Shown one piece after another: positions 6,794-17,600 of a stretch of DNA of 39,494 nucleotides. Each line of letters opens with the position of its first letter. The stretch's first letter is position 1. The translations under genes and the position numbers were made by a program. Origin of the DNA: a virus (taxonomy: Duplodnaviria > Caudoviricetes); the IMG/VR virus record IMGVR_UViG_3300005805_000194, positions 1 through 39,494 of that record; one strand, written 5' to 3'. The notes under the pieces were generated by a model that searched no databases, was not told the origin of the DNA, and worked only from the letters and a program-made list of their open reading frames with translations.

Positions 6794-9106
6794 ATGGCGA
6801 TACGCGATCTTGGTAGAGGAATTATAGATTTAGTAAGACCAGACGGTGGAAGAGTTCTTGAAGATACTTTTTCTACAATGATTCCTAAAGGAATTGCAAC
6901 TAGAGCTACAGATCTTACCGCCCCCCGTGCTGCTGATTTTCTTAACGACGGAGTCAGTAAAGTAGAGCAAAATCCTAATATTCCAGATCCCCAAAATAAT
7001 AATCTACCTAGTATCGTACAAAATCCTTTAGAAGAATTTGCGTCCATGACACCATTATGGACCTTGGCATGTCTAACACCCGAACAGTTTAATAATCCTG
7101 CTTCGTATAGAAACAGCACCGGTGATTTAAAAAATGTAATTTTTGCTTCTGGCGGAAGATTTGATGATCAGCGTCAAAGTACTTTGTTTGGAACACCCGA
7201 ATATTTTGTAAACAATTTCATGATGAAATCTATAGTCGCTGCTGGAGGCAAAACCGGTAACTCTAATGCTTTTAAATTTGAATTTGATATTTACGAACCA
7301 TATAGTATGGGATTGTTATTACAGAGCATGCAGGCGGCGGCGTTAAATGCCGGATATTTAAATTATATGGAGAATTGTCCATATCTTTTAAGATTAGATT
7401 TTAATGGATATAAAGAAGATGGAACTGTCCTAACATCTATTAAACCTAAATTTTTTACGATGAAATTTACATCAGTTAAATTCCAAGTAACAGAAGCAGG
7501 CAGTCAATATAAAGTAGAAGCTATACCTTACAACCATCAAGGGTTTACTGATACAATTAATGTACTCTATAATGAGTTAAAAATAGTTGCATCAACAGAA
7601 GGAACAGTAGAAGACGTTCTAGTCAACAGTCCCGAAAGCCTTGTTGCTGCCTTGAATAAAATCGAACAGAATATGGTTGACGAACAAAAGATAGGATATC
7701 CTGATGTATACGATATACAATTTCCTCAGAACTCTAGTGATTTTGCCAGCACTACTAGACCTCCACAAGCAAACGCTGCGGTTGTAGATCCCAATGCTCC
7801 TCCCGATGTAACAATACAAGGAGATATTGTTCCTTCTATATTGAGAACAAAATTATCACAAGCTAAGTTAGGATTTACCAGCAATGACATAGGTAAAGCC
7901 AGTTTAGGATTTACACAGAGCAGCGGTGGTAATTTTGTTATGAAAAAAGAAGGTGATCAGCGCGATGAAAAAACAGGTATAGTTAATAGAGATGGAATGA
8001 CTATTGACCCTAATAAGAGAGCATTTCAGTTTGGACAGGGCCAATCTCTTACAGCAATGATCAATAGAATAATATTAAGTTCTGACTATGCTAAAAAAGC
8101 AATGGATCCTAAAAATCTTGTTGGTGGATACATCAGATGGTTTAGGCTAGATGTGCAGATAGAATTATTAAAATATGATCCAGAAGTTGGTGATTATGCT
8201 AGAAAAATAACCTATAGGGTAGTACCATTCTTAGTCCATCATTCGGTGTTCACAAATGCTAATGCTGCTCCTATTGGATATCAAGATATTAAAAAACAGA
8301 TATGTAAAGCATATGAATATATCTATTCAGGACAAAACTTAAATGTTCTCAAGTTTGATATTAATATTAATAATCTTTTCTATACAGGTTCATCTCCAAG
8401 TGCAGAAAATAAAAGTGCTCAAGTGGCCAATCAAGATCAAAAAGGCTCCGCAGCGGATCCTGCTAAGACAACAAAGAATAATCAAGGAACATCACCAGAA
8501 GCACAAACAGCTACTCTTGGTAGAACTCGCGTAAAACGAGATCCAAAACTACTTGAAGCTCCGCCAGGAGGATCTGGAGATAGGTCTACAGAACAGATGG
8601 TTGCAGAACAATTCCATAGAGCATTTATTGAGGGATCAAGTGCAGATATGGTTTCTGTAGATTTAGAAATTTTAGGAGATCCTTATTGGATAGTAGACAG
8701 CGGACTATCGAATTATTTTGCTGCCAGTGCAACCCCAAGTAGTCAAATTACTGAAGACGGCACAATGAATTATGAAAGTGGTGAAGTTTATATCTATCTA
8801 ACATTTAGAACACCTTCGGATATTAGTGAAACAACAGGGTTATTTGATTTTCCTAAAGTGAGTCCATTTAGCGGAATATATAGAGTAGTCAATTGTGAAA
8901 GTCAATTTAATGATGGGTTGTTCAAACAAAAAATTAAATGTTTGAGAATGCAAGGTCAAGCAATTGATTATGCTGACAATCCAGCAGGTCTTAAAAATGT
9001 TAAATCTACTAAACAAGGTGCTCTATCTGTTACTATTGCAGAAGAAGAAACAACCAAGACTTCACCTATTGATGAAACATTTCCTAGCATATTGAGATCA
9101 ACATAA
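6794..9106 (+). CDS. Putative baseplate hub protein (gp27-like)
   Basis: Located between gp53 and gp5. C-terminal LEILGDPYW...FSGIYRVVNCESQFNDGLFKQKIKCLR is typical of hub proteins. Confidence 0.65.
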   Translation: MAIRDLGRGIIDLVRPDGGRVLEDTFSTMIPKGIATRATDLTAPRAADFLNDGVSKVEQNPNIPDPQNNNLPSIVQNPLEEFASMTPLWTLACLTPEQFNNPASYRNSTGDLKNVIFASGGRFDDQRQSTLFGTPEYFVNNFMMKSIVAAGGKTGNSNAFKFEFDIYEPYSMGLLLQSMQAAALNAGYLNYMENCPYLLRLDFNGYKEDGTVLTSIKPKFFTMKFTSVKFQVTEAGSQYKVEAIPYNHQGFTDTINVLYNELKIVASTEGTVEDVLVNSPESLVAALNKIEQNMVDEQKIGYPDVYDIQFPQNSSDFASTTRPPQANAAVVDPNAPPDVTIQGDIVPSILRTKLSQAKLGFTSNDIGKASLGFTQSSGGNFVMKKEGDQRDEKTGIVNRDGMTIDPNKRAFQFGQGQSLTAMINRIILSSDYAKKAMDPKNLVGGYIRWFRLDVQIELLKYDPEVGDYARKITYRVVPFLVHHSVFTNANAAPIGYQDIKKQICKAYEYIYSGQNLNVLKFDININNLFYTGSSPSAENKSAQVANQDQKGSAADPAKTTKNNQGTSPEAQTATLGRTRVKRDPKLLEAPPGGSGDRSTEQMVAEQFHRAFIEGSSADMVSVDLEILGDPYWIVDSGLSNYFAASATPSSQITEDGTMNYESGEVYIYLTFRTPSDISETTGLFDFPKVSPFSGIYRVVNCESQFNDGLFKQKIKCLRMQGQAIDYADNPAGLKNVKSTKQGALSVTIAEEETTKTSPIDETFPSILRST

Positions 9107-10764
9107 TGGCAGAATATAAACGTACCCCGTCGAATATATCAGAACAGAGAAACATAGGAAATGGCCCATTCCTTGCCAGAATTGTTAGCCATCTCGATCC
9201 TACATTTATGGGAAGTCTTGAAGTTACATTATTACGATATCAAGCCAATAACGCAGGAGATGATACACAAACTTATGTTGTTCGTTGTGCAAGTCCGTTT
9301 TTCGGATATACTGGTTTTGAATATATGGGACAAAACACAGCAACGACCCAACGCACTCAAGGTGAACAAGCATTAAATCAGCAAGGAGTTCCTGGTGCTA
9401 GAACAATTGATGCGTTCAATGATACACAAAAATCTTACGGTATGTGGATGGTTCCGCCAGATGTTGGTGTTAACGTTCTTGTGGTTTTCATAGACGGAGA
9501 TCCAAGCCAAGGATATTGGATAGCCTGTGTTCCTAGTAGATTTGCTAATCATATGGTTCCTGCTCTCGCAGGATCAACAGAAGTTGATTTAGACAGTGCA
9601 GATAAACAAAAATTAAATTGGCCAAATAAAACAACAGGATTAAAAATGCCATTACCAGTGGCAGAGGTTAACAGAAGATTAAATCAAAGAGATCAAACTA
9701 TCGATGTTGAAAAAATTAAAAAACCATTACATCCTATCGCTGAAAAATTTTTAGAACAGGGGTTGTTAGAAGATGATGTTCGCGGGGTTACTACATCAAG
9801 TAGTCGACGTGAAGCACCAAGCATGGTATTTGGTATATCAACACCAGGTCCGCTTGATAGAAGACCAGATGCTAAAAAAGCCAAGATAGGAACTTTACAG
9901 AGTCCATCAGCTTCGCCTGTTCCTGTAAGCAGATTAGGTGGAACAACACTGGTTATGGATGACGGCGACGATAGATATCGTAGAGAAACACCAGCAGGAA
10001 CCGGTCCTGTAAAATATATTGATGTGATAGCTGAAAAAGATAAACCATCACAGGGCGATCCAACAATACCATATAACGAATATTTCCGTGTGCGCACTAG
10101 AACAGGGCATCAGATATTGATGCACAATTCAGAAGATCTAATATACATAGCCAATTCTAAAGGAACCACTTGGATAGAACTAACCAGCAATGGTAAAATT
10201 GATATCTATGCTCAAGACAGCATCAGTCTACACACAGAAAATGATTTGAATATCAAGGCCAACAGAGATATAAACATGGAAGCTGGACGCAATATTAATA
10301 TGAGATCTGAAATTGGTAGATTCCATATGGATGTTGCTACAGACTGGAAAGTAACTGTGGGTCAAAACAATAAAATAACTGTTGGAAAAGATTATGAACA
10401 CGTAGTTGGTGGGAATACAAAAATTACCACAACAGAAAATCTTGATCTCAGTAGTGGTGGTTACAACAGATTTACAGCCAGTGGAACTACCGATATAAGA
10501 AGTGGAGGAAATCATACAGAATCAGCTGCTAGGATTGATATGAATGGTCCTTTAGCTCAAGCAGCAGTTCAAGCAGCGGCCATAGAACCCTTGCCGTTAA
10601 GAAAAAATCCAACAACTAATGTACAAGAAGGTTGGGACAAAAAATATCAAGGTAGTAATATTGCTAGTATTATGAAACGTATTCCGATGCACGAACCTTG
10701 GATACTTCATGAAAATCAAGCACCACAGTTTTTAACACCAGAAAATACAGATAGGGAAACCTAG
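9106..10764 (+). CDS. gp5: Baseplate central spike (gp5/VgrG-like: OB-fold plus beta-helix, no lysozyme domain)
   Basis: OB-fold motif SYGMWMVPPDVGVNVLVVFIDGDPSQGYW; RTRTGHQILM; VG-spaced beta-helix repeats (VTVGQNNKITVGKDYEHVVGGN). Confidence 0.85.
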   Translation: MAEYKRTPSNISEQRNIGNGPFLARIVSHLDPTFMGSLEVTLLRYQANNAGDDTQTYVVRCASPFFGYTGFEYMGQNTATTQRTQGEQALNQQGVPGARTIDAFNDTQKSYGMWMVPPDVGVNVLVVFIDGDPSQGYWIACVPSRFANHMVPALAGSTEVDLDSADKQKLNWPNKTTGLKMPLPVAEVNRRLNQRDQTIDVEKIKKPLHPIAEKFLEQGLLEDDVRGVTTSSSRREAPSMVFGISTPGPLDRRPDAKKAKIGTLQSPSASPVPVSRLGGTTLVMDDGDDRYRRETPAGTGPVKYIDVIAEKDKPSQGDPTIPYNEYFRVRTRTGHQILMHNSEDLIYIANSKGTTWIELTSNGKIDIYAQDSISLHTENDLNIKANRDINMEAGRNINMRSEIGRFHMDVATDWKVTVGQNNKITVGKDYEHVVGGNTKITTTENLDLSSGGYNRFTASGTTDIRSGGNHTESAARIDMNGPLAQAAVQAAAIEPLPLRKNPTTNVQEGWDKKYQGSNIASIMKRIPMHEPWILHENQAPQFLTPENTDRET

Positions 10765-10773
10765 GAGTGAGGT

Positions 10774-11211
10774 ATGGCCAATAAACTTTACAATCAAAAA
10801 ATTGTAGCGGTAAACAAAGCGTCAGTTGGTGACAAAGGCGGCGTCTTTACCTATAAAGGATTCAGTTCTAAAGAGATCAATCGCAACTATAAGTTATATG
10901 ACATTGATCTAGTTAAACAAGATCTAATCAATCATTTTTATATTCGAAAGGGTGAAAAATTAGAAAATCCAGAATTTGGAACAGTGATTTGGGATATGAT
11001 TTTTGAACAATTTACAGAAGATGTCAAAAATATGATTGCCAAAGACGTCGAAGAAATCATAAATTATGACCCAAGAATAGTAGTAAATGAAGTACAAGTT
11101 GACAGTACTGATCAAGGTATCAGGATTGAAGCTAACGTTACTTATATACCGTTTAACATTAATGAACGTATGACGTTTGACTTTGATAAAGAAAATTCTA
11201 TCATAAACTAA
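10774..11211 (+). CDS. gp25: Baseplate wedge subunit gp25 (sheath initiator)
   Basis: LYDIDLVKQDLINHFYIRKGEKLENPEFGTVIWDMIFE...YDPR motif; GGAG RBS. Confidence 0.92.
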   Translation: MANKLYNQKIVAVNKASVGDKGGVFTYKGFSSKEINRNYKLYDIDLVKQDLINHFYIRKGEKLENPEFGTVIWDMIFEQFTEDVKNMIAKDVEEIINYDPRIVVNEVQVDSTDQGIRIEANVTYIPFNINERMTFDFDKENSIIN

Positions 11212-11227
11212 GCACTTTATTTTGCTT

Positions 11228-11235
11228 GATAAATA
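11228..11235 (+). promoter_or_regulatory. Late promoter GATAAATA
   Basis: Intergenic TAAATA at 11230-11235, upstream of an AGGA RBS and the gp6 ATG. Confidence 0.7.
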
Positions 11236-11253
11236 TGATATAGGAACTAACAA

Positions 11254-14200
11254 ATGACCACTACAAGTAGACAAAATAACCTAATACTCAACGAAGATTG
11301 GACTCGTATCTATCAGACATTTAAGAATGCTGATTTTAAATCATACGATTTTGAAAATTTACGTCGAGTAATTATTGCATATCTAAGAGAAAATTATCCT
11401 GAAGATTTCAATGACTATATTGAATCATCAGAATACATGGCTCTCATCGATGCTATTTCATTTTTAGGTCAAAGTTTAGCTTTCCGTTTAGATCTAGCTT
11501 CGAGAGAAAACTTTTTAGAATTAGCAGAACGTAAAGAATCTGTCTTACGTTTAGCTCGTATGTTGAGCTATAATGCTAAACGAAATGTATCAGCCAGCGG
11601 GTTACTTAAATTTTCTACGATATCAACAACCGAGCCGTTAACAGACAGCAATGGCAAAAATTTAGCCAATCAAATAATCCAGTGGAACGACCCAACTAAT
11701 ACCAATTGGCTAGAGCAGTTTATTACTGTATTAAATTCTGCTATGGCTGACAATACAGAATTTGGTCGTAGTCAAGGTAATTCTACTATTCAAGGCATTC
11801 CTACAGAACAATATAGATTCCGTACTACATCACAAGATGTTCCAATTTTCACATTTAGTAAAACTGTTGCTGGTCGAGGAATGGTATTTGAAATAGTTTC
11901 AACGTCATTTAAAGGCAGCGAATCAATATATGAAGAACCACCTGTACCTGGAAATCAATTAGGATTTGTCTATAGAAATGATGGTAGCGGTCCTGGATCC
12001 CCAAACACAGGATTCTATCTATTATTCAAGCAAGGATCATTAGAGCTTGCAGATTTTTCAGTGGAAGTTCCAACTACCAATGAAAAAGTTTCTGTAGACA
12101 GTTCTAATATTAATAATGATGATGTCTGGCTATTTAAATTAGGATCTGAAGGCACACAACAAGATCAATGGACTAAGGTATCAAATCTTATTGGTAATAA
12201 TATTGCTTACAATAGCTTATCACAAAATATTAGAAATATTTTTGCCGTTCAAACAGAAGAAGATGATCGAATTGATTTAGTGTTTGCTGATGGAGTATAT
12301 GGTAATTTACCACAAGGAGCATTCCGTGTTTACTATAGAGTAAGTAACGGTCTATCATATACTATCGCACCAAACGAGTTACGTGGTATTAATATTTCTG
12401 TTCCTTATGTTAATAAATCTGGAAGTGAACAAACTGTAACTATCGGCCTAGCATTACAAACAAGTATAGCATCTAGTGCTACCAGTGAAGATATTGACAC
12501 GATACGAGTTAATGCTCCGGCACAATATTATACACAGAATAGAATGATCACAGGAGAGGATTACAATCTTGCTCCATTGACAAGTTCACAAAATATTTTA
12601 AAAATTAAAGCAGTCAATAGAACATCGAGTGGTATTTCTCGAAACTTTGAAATTATTGACGCCAGTGGAAAATATTCTAGTGTGAATGTCTTTGCTGACG
12701 ACGGATATGTTTACAAAGAAGAATTAGAATCTCAAATTAATTTCAAATACAGCAGTAGAGTTGATGTAGTTAATACTATTAGAAATCTAATAGAACCTGT
12801 ATTCACAGAAAAAGATGTTTACAATTTTTATCTCACAAAATTTGATAAGGTACTTTTTACAGATGAGAATTCTGTATGGCAACAAAATACTTCAGATATT
12901 AATATAACCACAGGGTATTTTAAGAATATAGTTGATAATTCTCTATTAAAAGTAGGATCATATTCTACTAGTTCGTTAAAATATCTTTCATTTGGGGCAT
13001 TAATTAAATTTGTTCCACCAGCAGGATATGCCTTTAAGAAAGGTAAGTTAGTAGTTGCTAATTCAACAGATGCTGATCAAACAGATAGAATTTGGACCAA
13101 GGTTATCAAGGTTGTAGGCGACGGTACAAATGCAGGACGTGGAGCATTGCCCAGCGGATTAGGTCCTATCACATTCAATGATGTAGTACCGAGTGGTGCT
13201 ATAGCTAAACGTATTGTTCCTAAATTTGTAACAGATTTACCAGCATCTCTTGAAACAGAAATTGTTAATCAAATTATACAAAATCTTAATTTCGGATTAA
13301 GATATGATGTAGTTACTTCATCTTGGAATATTATCACAGCTTCGAATCTTAACTTAACAGATTCATTCAATCTCGGTAAAGAAGGCGACACAAGTAATGT
13401 TAATCTTGACTCATCATGGATGTTTGCCTTTATTAAAGAAGTCGATCAATATGTTGTAAGAACAAGAAAATTAAGTTATCGATTTGGTAGTGTGGAACAA
13501 AATAGATTTTATTTTGATACCTCTGAAAAACAATATAATGATCAATTAGGTAAAGTTGTTAAAGATCATGTTAAAGTTTTAGGAATTAACACAGCCAGCG
13601 ACGGTGTAAATCTTTTAAGAAACGAATTTTCATTTGAAATTTATGACACGATTAAATTTGAAGATGGATATGAAAGTTCAGTTGAAATTGAGGTAGCATT
13701 CTCTGATTCAGATGACGACGGAGTTGTAGATAATCCAGAATCTTTTGAACAGATAGTAGGAGAAGATACAGAATTAAATTATCTATTTTTCCAAACAGTT
13801 ACAGATGCTGCTGGTGAAATAACAACCACATTAATTGACAGCGATACAGTTAAAATATATCAATTAGAATCACAAGTGAATATTAATGATGAAGTAGACG
13901 GACAATTATTATATTTCTATGACATTAATGAAGATAGAGTTAAGAGAGTAAACAAAACTACAAATACTTTAGATTTAGAAACAGAATATAAAGGGGTAAT
14001 TGGTAGAGACGGATTAAAATTCCAATACACACATAATGCCAATGCAGATCGAAGAATAGATCCAAGTGTGAGTAATATCATTGATGTATATCTATTAACA
14101 AGAAGTTATGATGATGCATTTAGAGTATATCTGGCAGGTGGTACTTTAGTTGAACCAATAGCACCGTCTAGCGACAATCTAAGAATTACATTTGGTACAA

Positions 14201-14649
14201 CACTCGATGCTATTAAATCAATCAGTGATGAGATCATTTATCATCCAGTGAAATATAAAGTATTATTTGGATCTACCGCAGAAGAAAAATTAAGAGCACA
14301 ATTTAAAGTGGTTAAAAATCCAACACAATCTATTAATGATAACGATTTGAAAGTTAGAATTATTTCAGCTATCAACGAATTTTTTGATATCAATAATTGG
14401 GATTTTGGTGACAGATTTTATATCAGTGAATTGATCACTTATATTTTAAATCAAACAGCACCAGACATTAGCAATCTTATTATTGTTCCTAGACAATCAA
14501 GTCAAGAATTTGGTAGTTTATTTGAAATACAAAGTACTCCTGATCAATTATTGATCAGTGGAGCAACTGTAGATGACGTAGAAATAGTATCCGCGATAAC
14601 TGCATCAGAAGTTAGAGCTTCCGCAACCAGCATAGTAACGACAACATAA
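11254..14649 (+). CDS. gp6: Baseplate wedge subunit gp6-like, extended
   Basis: DFENLR...FNDYIESSE...ENFLELAERKESVLRLARMLSYNAKR; FADGVYGNLP; EDIDTIRVNAPAQYYTQNRMITGEDY. Confidence 0.9.
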   Translation: MTTTSRQNNLILNEDWTRIYQTFKNADFKSYDFENLRRVIIAYLRENYPEDFNDYIESSEYMALIDAISFLGQSLAFRLDLASRENFLELAERKESVLRLARMLSYNAKRNVSASGLLKFSTISTTEPLTDSNGKNLANQIIQWNDPTNTNWLEQFITVLNSAMADNTEFGRSQGNSTIQGIPTEQYRFRTTSQDVPIFTFSKTVAGRGMVFEIVSTSFKGSESIYEEPPVPGNQLGFVYRNDGSGPGSPNTGFYLLFKQGSLELADFSVEVPTTNEKVSVDSSNINNDDVWLFKLGSEGTQQDQWTKVSNLIGNNIAYNSLSQNIRNIFAVQTEEDDRIDLVFADGVYGNLPQGAFRVYYRVSNGLSYTIAPNELRGINISVPYVNKSGSEQTVTIGLALQTSIASSATSEDIDTIRVNAPAQYYTQNRMITGEDYNLAPLTSSQNILKIKAVNRTSSGISRNFEIIDASGKYSSVNVFADDGYVYKEELESQINFKYSSRVDVVNTIRNLIEPVFTEKDVYNFYLTKFDKVLFTDENSVWQQNTSDINITTGYFKNIVDNSLLKVGSYSTSSLKYLSFGALIKFVPPAGYAFKKGKLVVANSTDADQTDRIWTKVIKVVGDGTNAGRGALPSGLGPITFNDVVPSGAIAKRIVPKFVTDLPASLETEIVNQIIQNLNFGLRYDVVTSSWNIITASNLNLTDSFNLGKEGDTSNVNLDSSWMFAFIKEVDQYVVRTRKLSYRFGSVEQNRFYFDTSEKQYNDQLGKVVKDHVKVLGINTASDGVNLLRNEFSFEIYDTIKFEDGYESSVEIEVAFSDSDDDGVVDNPESFEQIVGEDTELNYLFFQTVTDAAGEITTTLIDSDTVKIYQLESQVNINDEVDGQLLYFYDINEDRVKRVNKTTNTLDLETEYKGVIGRDGLKFQYTHNANADRRIDPSVSNIIDVYLLTRSYDDAFRVYLAGGTLVEPIAPSSDNLRITFGTTLDAIKSISDEIIYHPVKYKVLFGSTAEEKLRAQFKVVKNPTQSINDNDLKVRIISAINEFFDINNWDFGDRFYISELITYILNQTAPDISNLIIVPRQSSQEFGSLFEIQSTPDQLLISGATVDDVEIVSAITASEVRASATSIVTTT

Positions 14650-14650
14650 T

Positions 14651-17600
14651 ATGGCCAATGATAAATTTCCTAAAAGTGGACTACCGATAAGAAAAACGGT
14701 TGATCTATTACCGGCAACTTTTAGAACAGAAACCAATGACAAATTTATGTCTGCGGTTGTTGATCCATTAGTTCAGCCCGGTGTTCTAGAAAAAACTGTA
14801 GGATACATTGGTCGTAGATTTGGTAAAACATATGGCGGTACTGACGTCTATCTAGATTCAGACGAAACACTTAGAAGTAGATATCAGCTTGAACCAGCTG
14901 TAGTTATCAAGGATAACAATGGTAATATAGATAAACTTTACGACTATATTGATTTTAAAAATCAATTAAAATTCTTTGGCAACAATGTAGAACGTGACGA
15001 TTTAACCACAGCACAAGAACATTTTGCATGGAACCCACCGAAACACTGTGACAAATATGTTAACTTTCTTGAATGCTATTGGATACCAGAAGGTCCCCCT
15101 CCTGTTGATGTATTTGGGCAATCTGATAAAATAGTCACCCAATACCAAGTAACATTAGGAGCTACTGGCAATTCTTATATTTTCTCTCCTGATGGTTTCA
15201 CTAATAATCCTACACTAACTTTCTATAGAGGAGCAACCTATAAATTTAGAGTTATCTGTCCTCAAGAAGGATTAGTGATTAGATCAAATTATGATACAGG
15301 ATCGTTATTATTAAATCCAAATAGAGCATATCAGCCGGGCGAGTTAGCAGTTTACGATAACAAACTTTGGAAAGCCAAAGTATTTGTTGCCCCAGGTGAC
15401 GGCAGCAGTATTGATGCAGATAGTCAAGATTGGGAATTTGTTGAAGATGCTACTTCTACTTCAGTTTTAGATTACAACGATGGCGTAACCAACAATGGTG
15501 TAGAAAATGGATTTATGGATTTCACAGTTCCATACAATGCTCCCGATGTTCTTTATTATCAAAGTAAAGTTACACCTGATAGATTTGGTCGTATCATCAT
15601 TGCTGACATAGAATCAAATACATTTGTAGATGTTGAAAAAGAAATTATTGGTAAAGCGACATACACCAGCGGTAACGGTATTAAATTCACTACAGGTCTC
15701 ATAGTTGAGTTTAAAGGTAATGTAACTCCTAAGAAATATGCTAAAGGTCGATGGGTAATTGAAAACGTAGGGGCTCAAATAAATGTAGTCAATTGGGACG
15801 ATCTAATAATTCCGAGATTGGCCAAAGATGTTCCTGAAGTAACATTTGACGATGGTGGATTTGATACCGGACCATTTGATGATGCTACAGCATACCCGTC
15901 AGAGAAAGACTATTTGATAATTAGTCGTGACAGTATCGATCTTAATCCTTGGACCAGATATAATCGTTGGTTCCATCGAGCTGTATTAGATTACGCTTAC
16001 GGAATTCGCGGTCAAGAATTTACAGCACCAGAAGAGGCAAGAGCAAAAAGACCAATTTACGAATTCTTAGCAGGTCTACAATTATTCAATCATGGTAGAA
16101 TTGCCAAAGAGACTGTTGATTATATTGATACCTATACAGATGACGTGCTTTCTAAAATTGAAGGCAGTGGGGGATATAGTGTTGACGGTCAGGAATTATT
16201 TGAAGGCGCAAGACTTTTAGTAGTAGCAGACACTGATACCTTAACCAATAATAAAATTTATGAAGTACAATTTATATTACATAACGGTAGAACACAAATC
16301 CATCTAGCTGAAACAGAAGACACTGTTTCTAAAGAAGGCGAGTGTGTACTGATACGTCGAGGCAACACTAATCAAGGGTTGATGTATCATTTTAACGGCA
16401 CAGCTTGGGTTAAGAGTCAAGAAAAAACTAAGGTAAATCAACCTCCGTTATTTGATGTTTATGATGAAGATGGTGTAAGTTTTTCAGATACTACCAAATA
16501 TCCAGATTCTACATTTGCTGGATCTGAAATCGTTGGCTATAAAGTCAATCCTAATGGAGTACCGGATCCCGAATTAGGAATTCCATTAACATTTCTTAAT
16601 ATTGATAATATTGGTGACGTTGTACAACATTTTAATTGGGACACTGATACATTCACATATAGAGATGGTAATAACGTAATCACTAAACGTATTGCTACAG
16701 GATACTATTATCTAGATCCAACAGGCGGATACGGTGGGTGGGGTAATGGATGGACACCGTTGTCATCGAAATATACAATGCCAATCCTAGACAGTGTGAA
16801 AATCACTTCCTCAACTAATACCTTTACTATTGATACAGTTGATTGGAGTCTTTTGCCAAATGATGATGAATTTGCGATTCGATTCTATTTGAATGGAATT
16901 ATTTACAAAGGGCCATATGTTAGAGATCAAGGAACATTTACCTTTACTGAAAAAACATTTAAAGAAAACGATATCATAACTATAAAGGTAGTTGCCGACA
17001 TAGAACCAAAATCTGGTTATTATCAGATACCATTAGGATTAGAAAAGAATCCATTAAATGCACCGGTGGCACAATGGACACTAGGTCAAGCAGCCGATCA
17101 TTTGAATTCTGGTTTAGATTTCAATCCTTATTGGACTGGCGTAGTTCCTGGCCTTAACGATCTACGAGATATTCCTTTTGATGAGTTCGGTCAACCGTGG
17201 AATACTTATAGTACTCGTTATCTACATCATTCTGGAATTACACCATTAGCGATTACTTTATTATGCGACAAAACAACTAATATTGTTAAATCTCTTCAAT
17301 ATGCTAAAAAATCATATACAGATTTTAAAAATAATTTTGTAGCAAAAGCTATAGAGTTACCATACAATGAAAATATCGCTAATTTTGTTGATGATATTAT
17401 TTCTAATTTAAGCAGAACAAAAAATACTAACAGTCCATTTGCTGACAGCGATATGATCGGTAGCGGAGCATACACAGCTATCAAGTATACAGTTGAAGAT
17501 ACCGGTATTAAAACGTTTGCATTGTCTGAAAGATTTGTATTAGATGAATTAAGTCGTCGTGCGGTATATGTTTATCTAAACGGAACACAATTATTGCATG

